This document shows, one piece after another, positions 47,580-61,714 of a stretch of DNA of 64,000 nucleotides. The stretch comes from the human T2T-CHM13v2.0 reference genome, Homo sapiens. The DNA lies in NCBI RefSeq assembly GCF_009914755.1, contig NC_060929.1. The stretch is one strand, 5' to 3'. The stretch's first letter is position 1, and each line of letters opens with the position of its first letter. Under the pieces are notes generated by a model. It saw nothing but the letters and a program-made list of their open reading frames with translations. It had not been told where the DNA came from and made no database searches. A program made the translations under genes and the position numbers.

Positions 47580-47790
47580 TGTTTTCTGAGCATTTTGACA
47601 TCTACTTTGTAAGTTCTTTTATACTTATAATAATGCCTTGAGTCAGGAAACAGTAATTATCTCAGTTTTGCAAATAAAGCAAAAGCATAAAAAGTCACCT
47701 TGGCCTTCAGATGAGGGCATGCAATTAATTAATGCAGAACTGAAACTAGAACATAGACAACAATTGTTATCCCAGCCCAAGACTTTTCTA
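47580..47790 (-). mobile_element. MIR
   Basis: aattatctcagttttgcaaataaagcaaa...aagtcaccttggcc. Confidence 0.5.
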
Positions 47791-48494
47791 CTAAAGTGTG
47801 TGACTTGTACATTTATTCTATGGTCATCACAAAAATACATATGCAGTGCAAATACATAAAAGTGAATTCTAGTTGCTGAGGTTGGGGGAAGACTCTAATT
47901 AGATGATCTGGTAAGAGTTTTATAAGGAAGGAAATTTATTCTGATTAGAAAAAATATAGGTACAAATTGAGACATATTAACCAATTATCATAATTGCCAA
48001 TAAAATACAGTATGTAGATGAAAGGAATCTAGGTTAGCTGGAAAAATGAGACAAAAGTGGAATGGTGGGGAAGCATGGGAGGCAACGTGCTTCTTCATAA
48101 CATCAAACTTTCTTTTCCAAATAGTTTCTGACCTTTGTAATTTGTGGTAGTGAAGGGTCAGCAACAAAGCATCAAAGATCACAGCACAAAGGTAAAGTGA
48201 TTCACCCTGCTTTTTAATCCTTAGCACCGAACTCTAAGATCTTCTAATTAAAGAACCAAGATAGGCATCTACTCGACCCTCACTTTGACATCTTCAAATT
48301 TAAAGCAATTCAACTCTCACTCCCACACTCAGGTTAATTTTCACTAGAAGAAATAATGTTGACAGTTTCAGAAAGTCAAGCTAAGCTTATGTAAGGAGAA
48401 AAAGAGTAAAATGTTCTTTTTTTACTGATGGATGTGTCCTCCAAGATATGATTTCCCAAGAGTTCTAGGACTTGCTTCCTTGTGCCAGAGCATA

Positions 48495-49220
48495 CTGCAC
48501 AGTGGGGGTTTCAGGGCACAAGGTTGAAGTCAGAAATGTATACCTAGCCCCCCTCCCAACCCTTATACCACTAATTGGCTCTATGACTTTGGGAAAAGTA
48601 CTTAAACATCTCTGAGACATGGCTAATTCTTCAATAAAATTGAAATAATAGTAGTACTTAAAATTTAGATTGTTACTGGTAGTGGGCTAAATGATGTCCG
48701 TTAAAGAGAATACTCTTGTTTTAATCCCTAGAACCTGTGAATGATATCTTATTTAGGAAAAAGGAGTATTTGCATGTGAAGTTAATTTAAGGATTTTAAG
48801 ATAAGAAAATTATCCTGGATTAACTGGGTGGGCCTTAAATCTAATATGAGTATCCCTACAAGAGACACACAGAAGAGAGTCATGCAGAAGAGGAGCAAAT
48901 AATGTGACCATGGAGGCAGAGATTGACGTGATGTGGCCACAAGGGAGGCAACACCTGGAGCCACCATAACATAAAAGAGGTCAGGAATGGATTCTCTCTT
49001 CAAGCCTTCAGAGGGAGTATGGCCCTAGTGACACCTTGGTATTGGACTCCTGGCTTCCAGAATTATGAAACAATAACTTCGTGTTTTAAGCCAAGTTTGT
49101 GGTAACTTAATATAGCAACCAGAGGAAAGTAATACATCATTCAATGAGATAATTGTGAAGAATATACTTAATACATGGTCTAGAACATAGATGTTATTGA
49201 TAAATAGAATTTATTATTTA
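48495..49220 (+). mobile_element. MIR split by MLT1C
   Basis: ctatgactttgggaaaagtacttaaacatctctgag on the left; aatgagataattgtgaag...taaatagaattttattatt on the right. Confidence 0.6.
48677..49136 (+). mobile_element. MLT1C-like MaLR LTR
   Basis: taatccctagaacctgtgaatg...attatcctggattaactgggtgggcc...gtgaccatggaggcagagattg...ggaaagtaataca. Confidence 0.88.
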
Positions 49221-49294
49221 TACAAAACCTGAGCAGTGTGAGACCTAGAACCAGTGCTAAAGGATATTTGTACTCAGAGAATGGGTTTCCATTT

Positions 49295-49490
49295 ATCGAT
49301 TAGTTTCTATGAGCCAATTATTCTACTGGGTGTTATGCATGCATTATATAGTTTCTCCTTCTAGTTATAACAAAAGTAAACACTGATTTCTCTTAACAGA
49401 CATGGAGACTGCAACTCAAAATATAAAATCACTTACTCAAGACCTTATAATTAGTAAGAGAATCAAGATTCAAACTCAGATCTGTCTGTA
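49295..49490 (-). mobile_element. MIR
   Basis: cacttactcaagaccttataattagtaagag...gattcaaactcagatctgtctg. Confidence 0.6.
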
Positions 49491-49776
49491 GGAAATGTAT
49501 TTACTTTCTTTTTTTCATGCTGCCTCTACAAGGTACGGTGTACAGAAGTGGTCAGTGGGTTATAGGGGAAGGCTAAGCCGCAGCCAGCAGTTCTGTGTAA
49601 TAGTTTATCAATTTTAAGGGTCTTGGCACAGTGAAAAAATCAAGAAATGAAGCAATGGAATAGATAAAAGTGAGAGAATTAGAATGATGTAATAAAAGAA
49701 AATTGGAAACATTTTCTAAACAAATGACAATATTGGTAATTGGAGGAATAATCAGTTATTAAAATAGCTTGGACAC

Positions 49777-50431
49777 CACGGCAGGCAGAATTGTAAAGTG
49801 AGCCTCAAGATTCAGCTTCTTGTGGCATATGCCCATGCCCCGTATAATGACACTCTGGAGTATGGTGAAAACTGTGAATATGATACGATGTTACTCCTGT
49901 GATATATAGGGCAAAGATAAATAGATTTTGCAGATGAAATTCAGGTTGATTTTTAGTTCAATGAGATCAGCTGATTTTTGATTAAGCAAAAGAAAGATCA
50001 TTCTTGGTGGGCCTAATTATTCAAATTAATGCCCTTAAATGAGCAACTGCGCCCTTCTTGAGATTGGAGTGATTCTCCTCCTGGTCTTGAAAGGGCCACA
50101 TGGCACAGAATTGCAGGTGACTTCTGTGAGCTAAGAGTCACCCCAGCCAAAATCCAGCTAGAAAACAGCCACCTGAATCTTACAATGCTAAGGAAATACA
50201 TTTTATCAACAACCTGAATAAACGTGGAAGCAAATTCTTCCCTAATGAAGCTTATTGATGTCAAAGCAGCCTGGTAGAGATCCTGAATGCAGCCTTGTGA
50301 AACCCTGAGCAGAGAACCCAGCTAAGCTGTGCCTGGACTCCTGAGGCACAGAAACAGTTATATAATAAGTGTGTGCTGTTTTAAGACACCAAATGTGGTA
50401 ATTTGTAACACAGCAATAGAAAACAAATACA
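49777..50431 (+). mobile_element. MLT1E-like MaLR LTR
   Basis: ggcaggcagaattgtaaag start; gcagccttgtgaaaccctgagcagagaacccagctaagctgtgcctggactcctga; cagcaatagaaaacaaataca end. Confidence 0.88.
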
Positions 50432-52250
50432 GACAAAACAAATACTCTCAAAATCAATTTTTTATTTAAATCTATAATTTCTATGAGAGAAATCAGCACT
50501 GTGCTACAAACTAGTCTACATCTTGCAGGGTTTACCAGTAGTTATGGACACTTACGTTTTTCTACTCTCTGCTTTATTCTCAGAAATATTCATACCCTGA
50601 CTTCATACAGTCACCATACTTCCTTTCACCCACTGTATATGTCTTTAGCACCTTCGCCTACAAGCTGAGAAATCTGGAAGCCACCTTTACACATAGTTGC
50701 ATGAGCACACACATATGTGTGTGCAGATAAACACATATGGGCACATGCATGCATGTACACACACACAGAATTTAGCAATGCACACTACATAAACACAAAC
50801 TATCATTCCTGTCTGATAGCACATAATATGCCTCTTTTTTTTAACCTTTATAAAAGCTATCTTATTCCTTATCTAATTCCTTTTTCTCTTTAGTACTTAA
50901 AATACACTTATGGCCCAATATACCTCTGTAGTTACATAGTAATGTACTTTTAACAATTTTATCACATCATAAACTAGCATAGTGACAGTACTTTAATGTT
51001 CAACTGCTGCATTATTAATAGAAGAGGTTTTGCCTTTCCAGAAACATCCTGAATTTGTTGTGTTCCATAGTCATTATAGCCCAATAAATATGATGTGGGT
51101 CAGATTGGAAATGCAAAGAATTTGGTGAACTCTGAATGTATTAGGTGCACTTTGAACCATTTACTGCCACAAACACAATGATGCTATTTCAAAAGAAGCA
51201 TATTAGAGATTGAAAGCAACTCTTCTTAGTACTATAAATGGTTACCCTGTATTGCAGTAAAAATAACAGATTTATTGGCAAAACTTCTACCTTGTTAATT
51301 TTATATTTCAATTTTCCAAGCTCTGGTAGCTGAATATAGATTGATATAGCTTAAGCATAGACTAATGATTAAAAGTTCAGCATGTAAATGCAATCCAGAT
51401 AGTTTATTTATGGCTCAGACATATTAATTTGTCAAGTTGGGTTCAAAATGCTTCTCTATCTGGATCAACTTAATATTTCCATATATCTTTATATAATAGG
51501 CTTAAATATTGCTGAATAAAGATGACAGCTTAATTTTGATTTGCAAAAATATTTTACACAAGTAATTTACAAAGTATGAAACAAAAATACATAAATAATA
51601 TGAATAAAATAATGCAAATAAACTAATAGTACAAAAATCCTCTAATTAATACATAAAAGAGTATTTAGTCATCCTATCAACAAATATAAAATTCAAGTGA
51701 GAATATGTAAGCCATCATTTATTTACTATCAAGTTAGCACATATTTTAAGAATTATAATAATCAGTTTTAATATAGAAATGATGAAATAGGCAACCTGTC
51801 TAGCAAGTATGTATCAAAATATTTCAAGATCCTGGAAAATATGTAAACTTTTGACCCAGGTATTTCAATTTTTAACTGTAATAATAATTTCCAGAAGATG
51901 TTGCAGCAAAGTTATAAAATGATATAGACAAAGAATATATGGGCAAGGCAAATCTATGCCCAGTTTAGAAAAATAATCTCTTTGATTAAATAGGGCATAA
52001 TTCAATATATACTACGTTATTCTTAACAAAGACAATCAGTGGACATATATAGCTATGTATATATTCAAATATGAACATGAGAATATTTTGCTTTATGATT
52101 TTATGGTTATTTCAATTCCACATTGTTATTTTTATTAACATTTGTCTTTATTTTGTGTAAGTAGAAATATAATGTATGTTAGCTGTAAAAAATATTGAAA
52201 ATACAGCATCAGAGAGAAAATGTACCAAAGAAAAGATAAAACCTTCTGTT

Positions 52251-53225
52251 TTAATTTTAAGTTAACTTTGCACTATGAAATATATATATGTACATACATA
52301 TATATACATGTATATATGTACGTACATGTATATACATATATATGCACATGAAAATGTATATAAATACATACATATATCTACATGTAATTGTATTTAATTT
52401 TAAGTTAACTTCGCACTATGAAATATATATGTATGTACATATATACATGTATATATGTACATACATATATAAATATAAGGATAATGTATTATATATAATA
52501 TAAAATTATGTACATATATGTATATACATATATATGCACATGAAAATGTATATATGTACATACATATATGTACATGTAATTATATTTAATTTTAAGTTAA
52601 CTTCACACTGAAATATATATGTATACACATATATACATGTATATGTGTATACATATATAAATATAAATATTATATATATAATATAAAATTATGTACATAA
52701 TACATATACATGTATATATATATTTCATAGCGCAGTTAACTTAAAATTAAATATAATTATATATAATTGTATATACTTTTATATATAATTTTATATAAAT
52801 ATATAAATTATATATAAATTTTATATAAATATATTCTATATATTATATATTATATTATATATAATATTTATATATGTATATACATATATACATGTATGTA
52901 TGTACATACATATATATTTCATAGTGTGAAGTTAACCTAAAATTAAATATAATTATACATAATTTTTTATTATATATTTATATTTATATATTATATATAA
53001 TATATATTTATATGTTTATATATAATAATATATATTTATATGTTTATATATAATAATATATATTTATATATTATTTATAATATATTATATACAATTATAT
53101 ATATAATTTTAACAGTTTTATATAAATAATATAATATATAGAATTAAATATATATAATTTTTTATGTAAAAAATTATATATATAATTTATATATTTTTTA
53201 TATATAAAAATTATATATATATAAT
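52251..53225. repeat. AT-rich compound array with three direct and two inverted copies of a ~37-bp unit
   Basis: ttaattttaagttaactt(c/t)gcactatgaaatatata at ~52251, 52394, 52586; reverse complement at ~52716 and ~52911. Confidence 0.92.
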
Positions 53226-53739
53226 TTCCTACCCATTTGGAAATATTTTATTTGGAATTCTGACATTGGATTTGTTACATGAAAATGACTTTTGGATTTT
53301 TCTAAGTGGTATCTTATACAGTCTGTTTAGATAGATAACATTTTGAAATTTTCCTACATCTTGGTCTGCTTAGGTAGACATTTGACTGATACATGAATAT
53401 AGACATTTTTATCTATGATTTTGTTACTGAGCTTTCTTCAAACTGTTTAAATAGTTTGGTGGTAGATTGAAAGTAGAATGAGACCTCATGTGCATGTTTG
53501 TCTCCAGAACCCTCGCCAGAGCATATTTAGGGGAAATAATATTTTTTAGGAATTTTAGCTTCTTCTATTGTTTATTCTATCTGTAAATTTGACTTATCTG
53601 AAAATAAATTGAGAATTTAATCCAAAACAGACTTTAATGGAGGTTTTCAGTGTGAGATTTGTCTTCCTCACTCCTTTTCTTCTTTTTCCTTCATTATCCC
53701 TGTTTCTCCTCTCTGCATTTCTCTCCCTCCCTCTTCCTT

Positions 53740-54050
53740 TTGCATGCATTCAACTACTTATAGTAAACATACACCACGCACCAAGTATTGTGATAGGAAC
53801 AAGGGGTATAAATATGAGCAAGGCAGTTTTGATCTGTCCTGCCAAAGCTTAGAATGTTTGATTTTAAAACAAGCATTTACATTAAAGTGTGGTAAGTGAT
53901 ACAATAAAGAAAGAACAGAATGTTGAGGAAATACCTAGTAGTGTCTCTTAATACAGTTGAAAGTAAGGAATATTACTCAAGGAACAATGTCTACAAAAAG
54001 TGATATTACGGCTAAAAGTTAAAGAATCATTACAAGTTAGGCAGACAGTA
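53740..54050 (-). mobile_element. L2 3' region
   Basis: cattcaactacttatagtaaac...aaagtgtggtaagtgatacaataaag. Confidence 0.55.
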
Positions 54051-54114
54051 TTACTACTCTACAGGAATGGAGTCAGTTGCTTATCTAGGTTTTTACCCCA
54101 TTATATTGTTGGCT

Positions 54115-54192
54115 CCTTTTTGCATGCTCAGTACCTACCAAAGTATCTGGCACACAGATGTTGTTGAATAAATGTTTGATTAATTAATGCAG
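54115..54192 (+). mobile_element. L2 3' terminus
   Basis: cagtacctaccaaagtatctggcacacagatg...aataaatgtttgattaattaatg. Confidence 0.5.
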
Positions 54193-55057
54193 AAATATAA
54201 AAATGAATACTATCTTGATAAAGCACTATTTGATATATTTGTTTGTAAGTGACACAATGAAGAAAACAACATGGATTTCCAGAAAAATTAATACATCATC
54301 TAAATTCCAACTGCTAATCTTAGGTTCTCCATTTTCTACTGTTTTGTTGTTTCTTCTCTTTTTTTAATTTTTAATATTTTATCCCTATTATTGGACCCAA
54401 ATCAGCATACATTTGATTTTAAACTTGTGACTTAACATAATTTATTAAAACTTCAATACTTCTTCAAATTTGAATGACTTATTTTATGTATAATTATGTA
54501 AAACTACAAACTTGTAAAATCTTCTGAGTTAACACTGGCCATTTACTTTTGCCTATAGAGAAATTAGTCCAGTAAAAGTCAACAGCAGCATATAAAGAAA
54601 TTGCCAAAATGCTTGAGTATTAAATAACTACCTTGGGTATTGCTTAAGAAAAACCTGCATTCTCAATTCAGCATGCATATGGAATATATGCAAATTTATC
54701 TTGTTTTCTGTAGAGACCATTTAACTAAAGAAGAATGAAAATAATTTAAAAACTTACTCAAAATTCATCTGGTAATATGAGCATATAATACATATGAAGT
54801 CATTAGACTAATAAATTCATAAGTAAAAAATAATAAGTAAGCTAGAAAACAACAATGCTAATTGATATAAAACACCAAGGCAACAGAGTATTTAAAATGT
54901 CATTCAAAGTTGTTGGAATGTGGTTAAGAAAATGAGCTTCAAGATCTAATTAAGAACTAAGCCCAACATGATCCCATAAGTATTTTTATGCTTGAGATGA
55001 ATATTGGAAATTTGTTTATATTAGTTCAAATTGGTCTAGTATCTCATTTCCTTGTTA

Positions 55058-55448
<391 letters not shown>

Positions 55449-57380
55449 TCAAAAAACAGAACTGTATTTTGCTGAATAAACCAAGTTATTTTCAGGAAAC
55501 AGAATATGTAACACTCACAAACACTGAAACACACACAAGAAGTGGCACGTCATATTTTAGAAAATTAAAATATGTACAAAATTAGTCTTTTGTAAAAATT
55601 AGCTCCTTGATAAAACTTGGAATTTTCAGGAAGGGTTTTTAGAATTTCAATATTTACTTGCTTTAATTCTTGTGCTCTTGTCATTTAAATAGGATAGTGA
55701 ACTATAAAAGTTCAACTTAAGAACACAAATTAATACCTTACCAAAAAATAGTATATTAACTATTATCCTCATATAAATTAGATATCCTCGTTTAAATCAA
55801 CTATCTTCACATTCTCATCTAATTTGTATTATTTGATAAAATTTATAGAACATGATAACCTAAATAAAAATGCAAAGGGGAAAAAGATACATAGAGGTAT
55901 ATTATAATTTATGAAAAAGTCGATAACACTTTTTTAACCTAAAATATACTCAAGTTGAATTATCCTTGCCACTCTGTGGCAGAATATATAGTGTAGAAGA
56001 AACAGTGCAGAAAAAGGAGATCATGAAAACAGATGTTGGAAGGGTAAATTGGAATAATCTTCCAGATCATTCACTATCAAATATATTTTCAGAGCTTCTC
56101 TCTAAAGGAAATAGACATGGGATCATATTCTCCAAGTACATGAATGTATCCATTATAGGAACACGGACTCCTAGCACAGCCACCCTAGAATGGAGAGTCA
56201 AGTAGTCCCGTGGTTTAGAATTTGTGCACTGATGGGAGAAGACAGGGACAGGAAGAAGAAAGAGCAGCCTTTCTAACTGATCTGGCTGCTATGTGGTCCA
56301 ACCGTGTTTAAACAGAAAGTGCAAGGTAAACAAGATTTTTGTGGTTTCACTTTGATGGAGGAGTACCTCTCTTCTATTTCTGCTAAAATTCTCAATCTCT
56401 GTCGAGTAGAAAATCACCGGTTTCTGTGGAAGTAGTTAAAAATGCACGAAGGTGCTGAACACACAAACAAGCAAAAATAACAGAATATCACAATACTCTT
56501 AAATACAAAATAACTGTATTTCTACACACTATCAATAGAAGTTGAAATGTTAAAAATACCATTTAAAGTAACATGAAAATTATGAAATATGTAAAATACA
56601 TATTTTTAAAGATGTAAGATGACTACATGTTGAAAACCATCAAAAATAGCTGAGAAAAAATGTTAAAGACCTGCATAAATGGAGAAATACATTATGTTCA
56701 CAGGTTGAAGATTCAGTATTGTTAAGCTATCAGTTGCTCTCAAATAGAACCATAGATTCAATACACAATCCCAAGTGAAAAAAGCAGCAGTTTTCTAGTA
56801 TAAATTTATAAGATTGTCCTAAAATTTATACAAAAATTCAAAGAACCTACAATTACCAAAAGAGAGTTTGAAAAAGAGGAGTTAAATTGGAAGATGAACA
56901 CTGACTGATTTTAGGAATTATTATAAAAGTACAATAAACAAGACAGTTTGGCATTGAGATAATGAATAAAAACTTGACTATTGGAACAAAATACAAAATC
57001 CAGAAAAAGAACCAAGAAATTGACAACTTCTTTTCAACAAAATTACAAAGACAATTTAGTGAAAAAAAGATAGTCTTTCAGTAAATGTTACTGGAACCAT
57101 TGGAAATCCTTAAGTTAAAATAACCTGACTTAAATCCATAACTCATACCATATACAAACATTAACTCAAAGTGTGTTATAAACTTGAAGATAAAACTTAC
57201 AATTGTAAGACTTCTAGAAGAAAACATAGGACATTTTTAGGACCCAGGGATAGGCAAATATTTCTTAGATATGATGCCAAAAGCATTATCTACAAAATAA
57301 AATATTGATAAATGTAGTTTCTTTAAAATTAAAAAACGTTCCTTTACTAACACCATTAAGAGAATGTATTAATAAAGGCA

Positions 57381-57709
57381 GGATGTGAAGGCGATCTGGC
57401 TGTGACATCTGTCACCCCATTGATCATCAGGGTTGATTTGGCTGACGTAGCTGGCTAGGTGTGTGTCCCCTTCCTCCCTCACTGCTCCATGTGTGTTCTT
57501 CCTGAAGCTGCATGCTTGGCAGAAGAGGACAACCATCCTTGATAGAGGAAGATGCGTCTTCTGTCAAGGGTATACGAGTAGCTGTGCTCCCCTGCTAGAA
57601 TCTCCAAACAAGCTCTCAAGGTCTATTTGTAGGAGGACGTGGGTAATAAGGCTTCCAAGACTCCAGACACATCCCAATGAGGCACTGGATGAGGCAGCAG
57701 TCTACCTTT
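57381..57709 (+). pseudogene. Full-length 7SK snRNA processed pseudogene (RN7SK-derived)
   Basis: ggatgtgaaggcgatctggctgtgacatctgtcaccccattgatc...caagggtatacgagtagctg...cttccaagactccagacacatc...gcagtctaccttt follows the 7SK sequence end to end with CpG decay; flanked by aaaggca (57374-57380, 57751-57757). Confidence 0.96.
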
Positions 57710-57748
57710 GTGTGTGTGTATACACACACACACACACACACACACACA
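57709..57748. repeat. (TG)5-TATA-(CA)13 microsatellite at the 7SK tail position
   Basis: Direct reading. Confidence 0.95.
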
Positions 57749-58681
57749 TGAAAGGCATTGAGAAAAATACTTTTAATAATATATATGAAAAGGATGAAAA
57801 GGGATTTATATCCAGAATAAAGAGCTTTCAAAACTGAATAATATTACACAACTAAGTGAGCAAAATATTTTAATAGATTTTGCATCAAAGAAGATATGTG
57901 GATGGAAAATAAGCACAAGAATAAATGTTGAATATCATTGGTTACACAAATTAAAACAACAGTGATGTATAACTGTGCACCTGTAAGAATTGCTAAATTT
58001 AGAAAGAAGAGACATGATGAGTGTTGACAGTGATGCAGAGGATCTAGAACTTTTACATACCACTGGTGCAATGTAAAGTACTACCTAACTTTGGAAAGAA
58101 TTTGGCACTTCCTTAAAAAGTTAAACATAAACCTTATATAGGATCCAGCCATTATGCTCTTTAGTATTTACCCAAGGGAATGACAGCACATGTCCCAAAC
58201 TGCTATGAACATACATGAATGTTCATAGCAGAATGTTCATACATGTAATAGCCTTAAATTAGAAACAATTTTAATAGTCATGAACAAGATACACTTTCAT
58301 AGAAAAAATTAATAATTACCACTTTTAAAATGGGCTATATCTTTTGCATGTTTCACCACTTAAAACAATAAATCCCTTGGGTTTAATGTATGGATGCCAC
58401 TTCAAATCTGTAATTCCAAGTATATTGGTCTTTCCATTTGATCATGACGCTACCTCAGTACAATAAACTTGAAGTTAAGAAATTAGTGATATTAGTTATT
58501 CCAGAGAATTAAGAAAAAAATATATATCTGAAGCCTAAAAATAGGTAAATGCAAATTCTTTTTGTCAAATACAACAAAGAGAAATACTGAAGCTTGAGCT
58601 TGAACTAATTTCCTGATCAATATCAGTAAATCTCAAATCATCAGGAAAAAGTTTAAGTTTTTGAAGAAGTCTCCATTTAAT

Positions 58682-59000
58682 TAATCACTCATTAATTTAT
58701 TCAACATATATTTATTGAGGCTCTATATGTGTCAACTACTAAGTAAGTACTGAGGACACAGCAGTGAATCAAACTGATAAATATACCTCCTCTGTGATGC
58801 CACCTGGTCAGGGAAAGTGATGGTAAATAGACAAGGAGGGTATGGAGTATATAAGATGGTGCAGTGGAGAAATATAAAGCAGGGAAAGGTAAAAAGGAAT
58901 GTTGTGTAGCCAGAGGAGTCTTCACCTGTGCAGAGAAGCTATGAGTAAAAATATAAAGCCCAACTTCAGAAGCAGGTGGAGCCAATGTGCAGAGGGAGAC
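58682..59000 (-). mobile_element. L2a-like 3' region
   Basis: ttcaacatatatttattgaggctctatatgtgtca...tgaggacacagcagtgaatcaaac...ggagaaatataaagcaggg. Confidence 0.75.
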
Positions 59001-59444
59001 AGACAAGAGGAGACCCACCTCCCAAACAACACAGAGTAACAAATTGCTCACTTTCTAGGACATGGAAGGTCAGGTTTTATTTCCTCAGTTGAATTTACTG
59101 AAATATCTCAGGGTCCTAAAATAAGCCCCCATTTTAACTAAAGCCAAATTTTGTAAACAGGGAGCTTAGTGAAAGGGTGAGATTCTCCTCCATGTATCAC
59201 TTGCTAAAACACTCTTCTTCGTGTTCCTTAAGAACCTTATATATTCCCCTGTTAGTCTTATCACAGGGCACAATAATACCCCGTGTATGAATTGACATCC
59301 TCCATTAGACTGCATTTAGCAATTTGCATCCCTCAGAGACCTTTTTTATACCACAGTAATTTCTAAAGAATTGCTAGTGGCCCTGAGGTCTTATTTCAAA
59401 TTCCACTAACAATGGTGAAGTTTCACAGTCAAATGGAAAGAATA

Positions 59445-59618
59445 TCATACATGGAATCAGATAAATCAAATTTGTGTCCCATACTGCCATTGACTAGCTT
59501 TCTCAGTCTTGCTTAACTTCTCTGAGCCATACTATCTTTATCTGTAAAAAGGGGTAATGCGAAAGCCTATTTCACTGATGTTCACTTTCTTTGAGGATTA
59601 AATGGAAAAATGTATACT
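59445..59618 (+). mobile_element. MIR
   Basis: ctgccattgactagct...gcttaacttctctgagcc...atctgtaaaaaggggtaat...tgaggattaaatgg. Confidence 0.7.
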
Positions 59619-59735
59619 GCCACCTCTAGAGAGGTAATTTAACTGATCTGATCCAGGACCTGAGCTTCAGAACTTGAAAAATACAGTGATCTCTGAGTGA
59701 GTCAAATTACAGCTGGAATAGAGAACCTCTGGCTA
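59619..59735. mobile_element. MER5A-like fragment
   Basis: tttaactgatctgatccaggacctgagc...gagaacctctggcta. Confidence 0.35.
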
Positions 59736-60959
59736 ATTTAATTTGATAACACAGAAAACCACCTAATTTATTCATTATACTTTATATTCTATGTTAAATA
59801 GCTTAGTCTTTCTATTGCTTACACAAGGTTTAAAGTGAGAAGAAATCAATGACCTGTTTTCCTTTATTACTCTCTATAGGTTAAGGCTATTAATTTAAAA
59901 GTGAATAGAAAATTAGAAAGATGATGACTTTGATTTCATTCCTTTTTCATTATACTCTTCTATTTTTTGTAATTGTCCTATAGTGATTATCCACTAGTAT
60001 ACTTTTCATAACTTATAAAGGCTTTGTTACTGTTATTAATTCTTTCCTTATTTTGTATGTATTGTATGATAAACATTTTAATTCTATAATCCACTTGCTT
60101 TTATCTTCTGTCATACCTCTGAAAACTAAATCATGGCCAGACAATATTTTATAATTCTTAATTTAAGGAATATTTTCCCTCAGCTTAGTTGTTATAAATT
60201 CTTTTAAAGGTATTTCTAAAAGTCCACATCTAGTACTATTATTACCTTTTTCTCAACCCTCATTTTTTCATTCTTTAATTCTCTTCTGTGTTAAATGGCT
60301 GTTATGCCCCATGTTCTATATGGTTTCATATTCTGTGCTATTATTATTTCTTAGAATAATATTTTCTTTCTCTTTTTCTTTTTTTTGCCTAAGTGAATGT
60401 TGCACTTCCTTTGGTCTGTACCCCAAACAAAATAGCAAAGAAAGCAGAAATCAAGCCAAGCTTAGAATCATGAAATCTTTCTTTGCAAATCTCAGTCCAA
60501 AAAAAATTTTTTAATCCCAAAACATAATTAACACTCTATGCTGAACTATATAGTCTCAGTTTATATTATATACAGTCATATTTCCACCTGTTAATCTTAA
60601 GGAAGAGGAATATAATTATTTTACATTCTGAGAGTTACCCAGTTTAACTGGGTGAGAAATGCACCCATCAGTTACTGATTGACTCAATGACCATTTGGCT
60701 ACTCTGCAGCTAGGTATTTAGCTATACAACATATATTGCAAGATGTCATATCCCTTGCAAACTAAATACATCTGAAGAATTTCCTCTGTAAGCTTTATAC
60801 TGTGATACATTATAAATTTAGCATTTTCAGGAAATAAAGTTTGTCCACAACTGGAACTCATCTATGCTGAATATATTATTTCAATTACTTTTGATGAAAA
60901 TTTATCTAAAACCGTTCTAGATTTCTTTATTAAATGATATTATTTCTTTAAAAGAGAAC

Positions 60960-61712
<753 letters not shown>

Positions 61713-61714
61713 AA

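Larger units (their letters stand above)
56480..58370 (+). mobile_element. Old L1M (MC/MD-like) ORF2 3' region, host of the 7SK copy
   Basis: aaagacctgcataaatggaga...cttctagaagaaaacatagga...gtatttacccaagggaatga. Confidence 0.8.

Noticed and set aside
52288-52503. Y/I/M-rich ORF
   Set aside because: Low-complexity TA repeat translation
53740-54192. Oppositely oriented L2 3' ends as a miR-28/151-type hairpin
   Set aside because: The tails point outward about 400 bp apart and are too diverged to show a clear stem
57463-57837. 124-aa ORF, or a functional 7SK gene
   Set aside because: The frame runs through the 7SK pseudogene and CA repeat; the copy is CpG-decayed, TSD-flanked and lacks an upstream Pol III promoter
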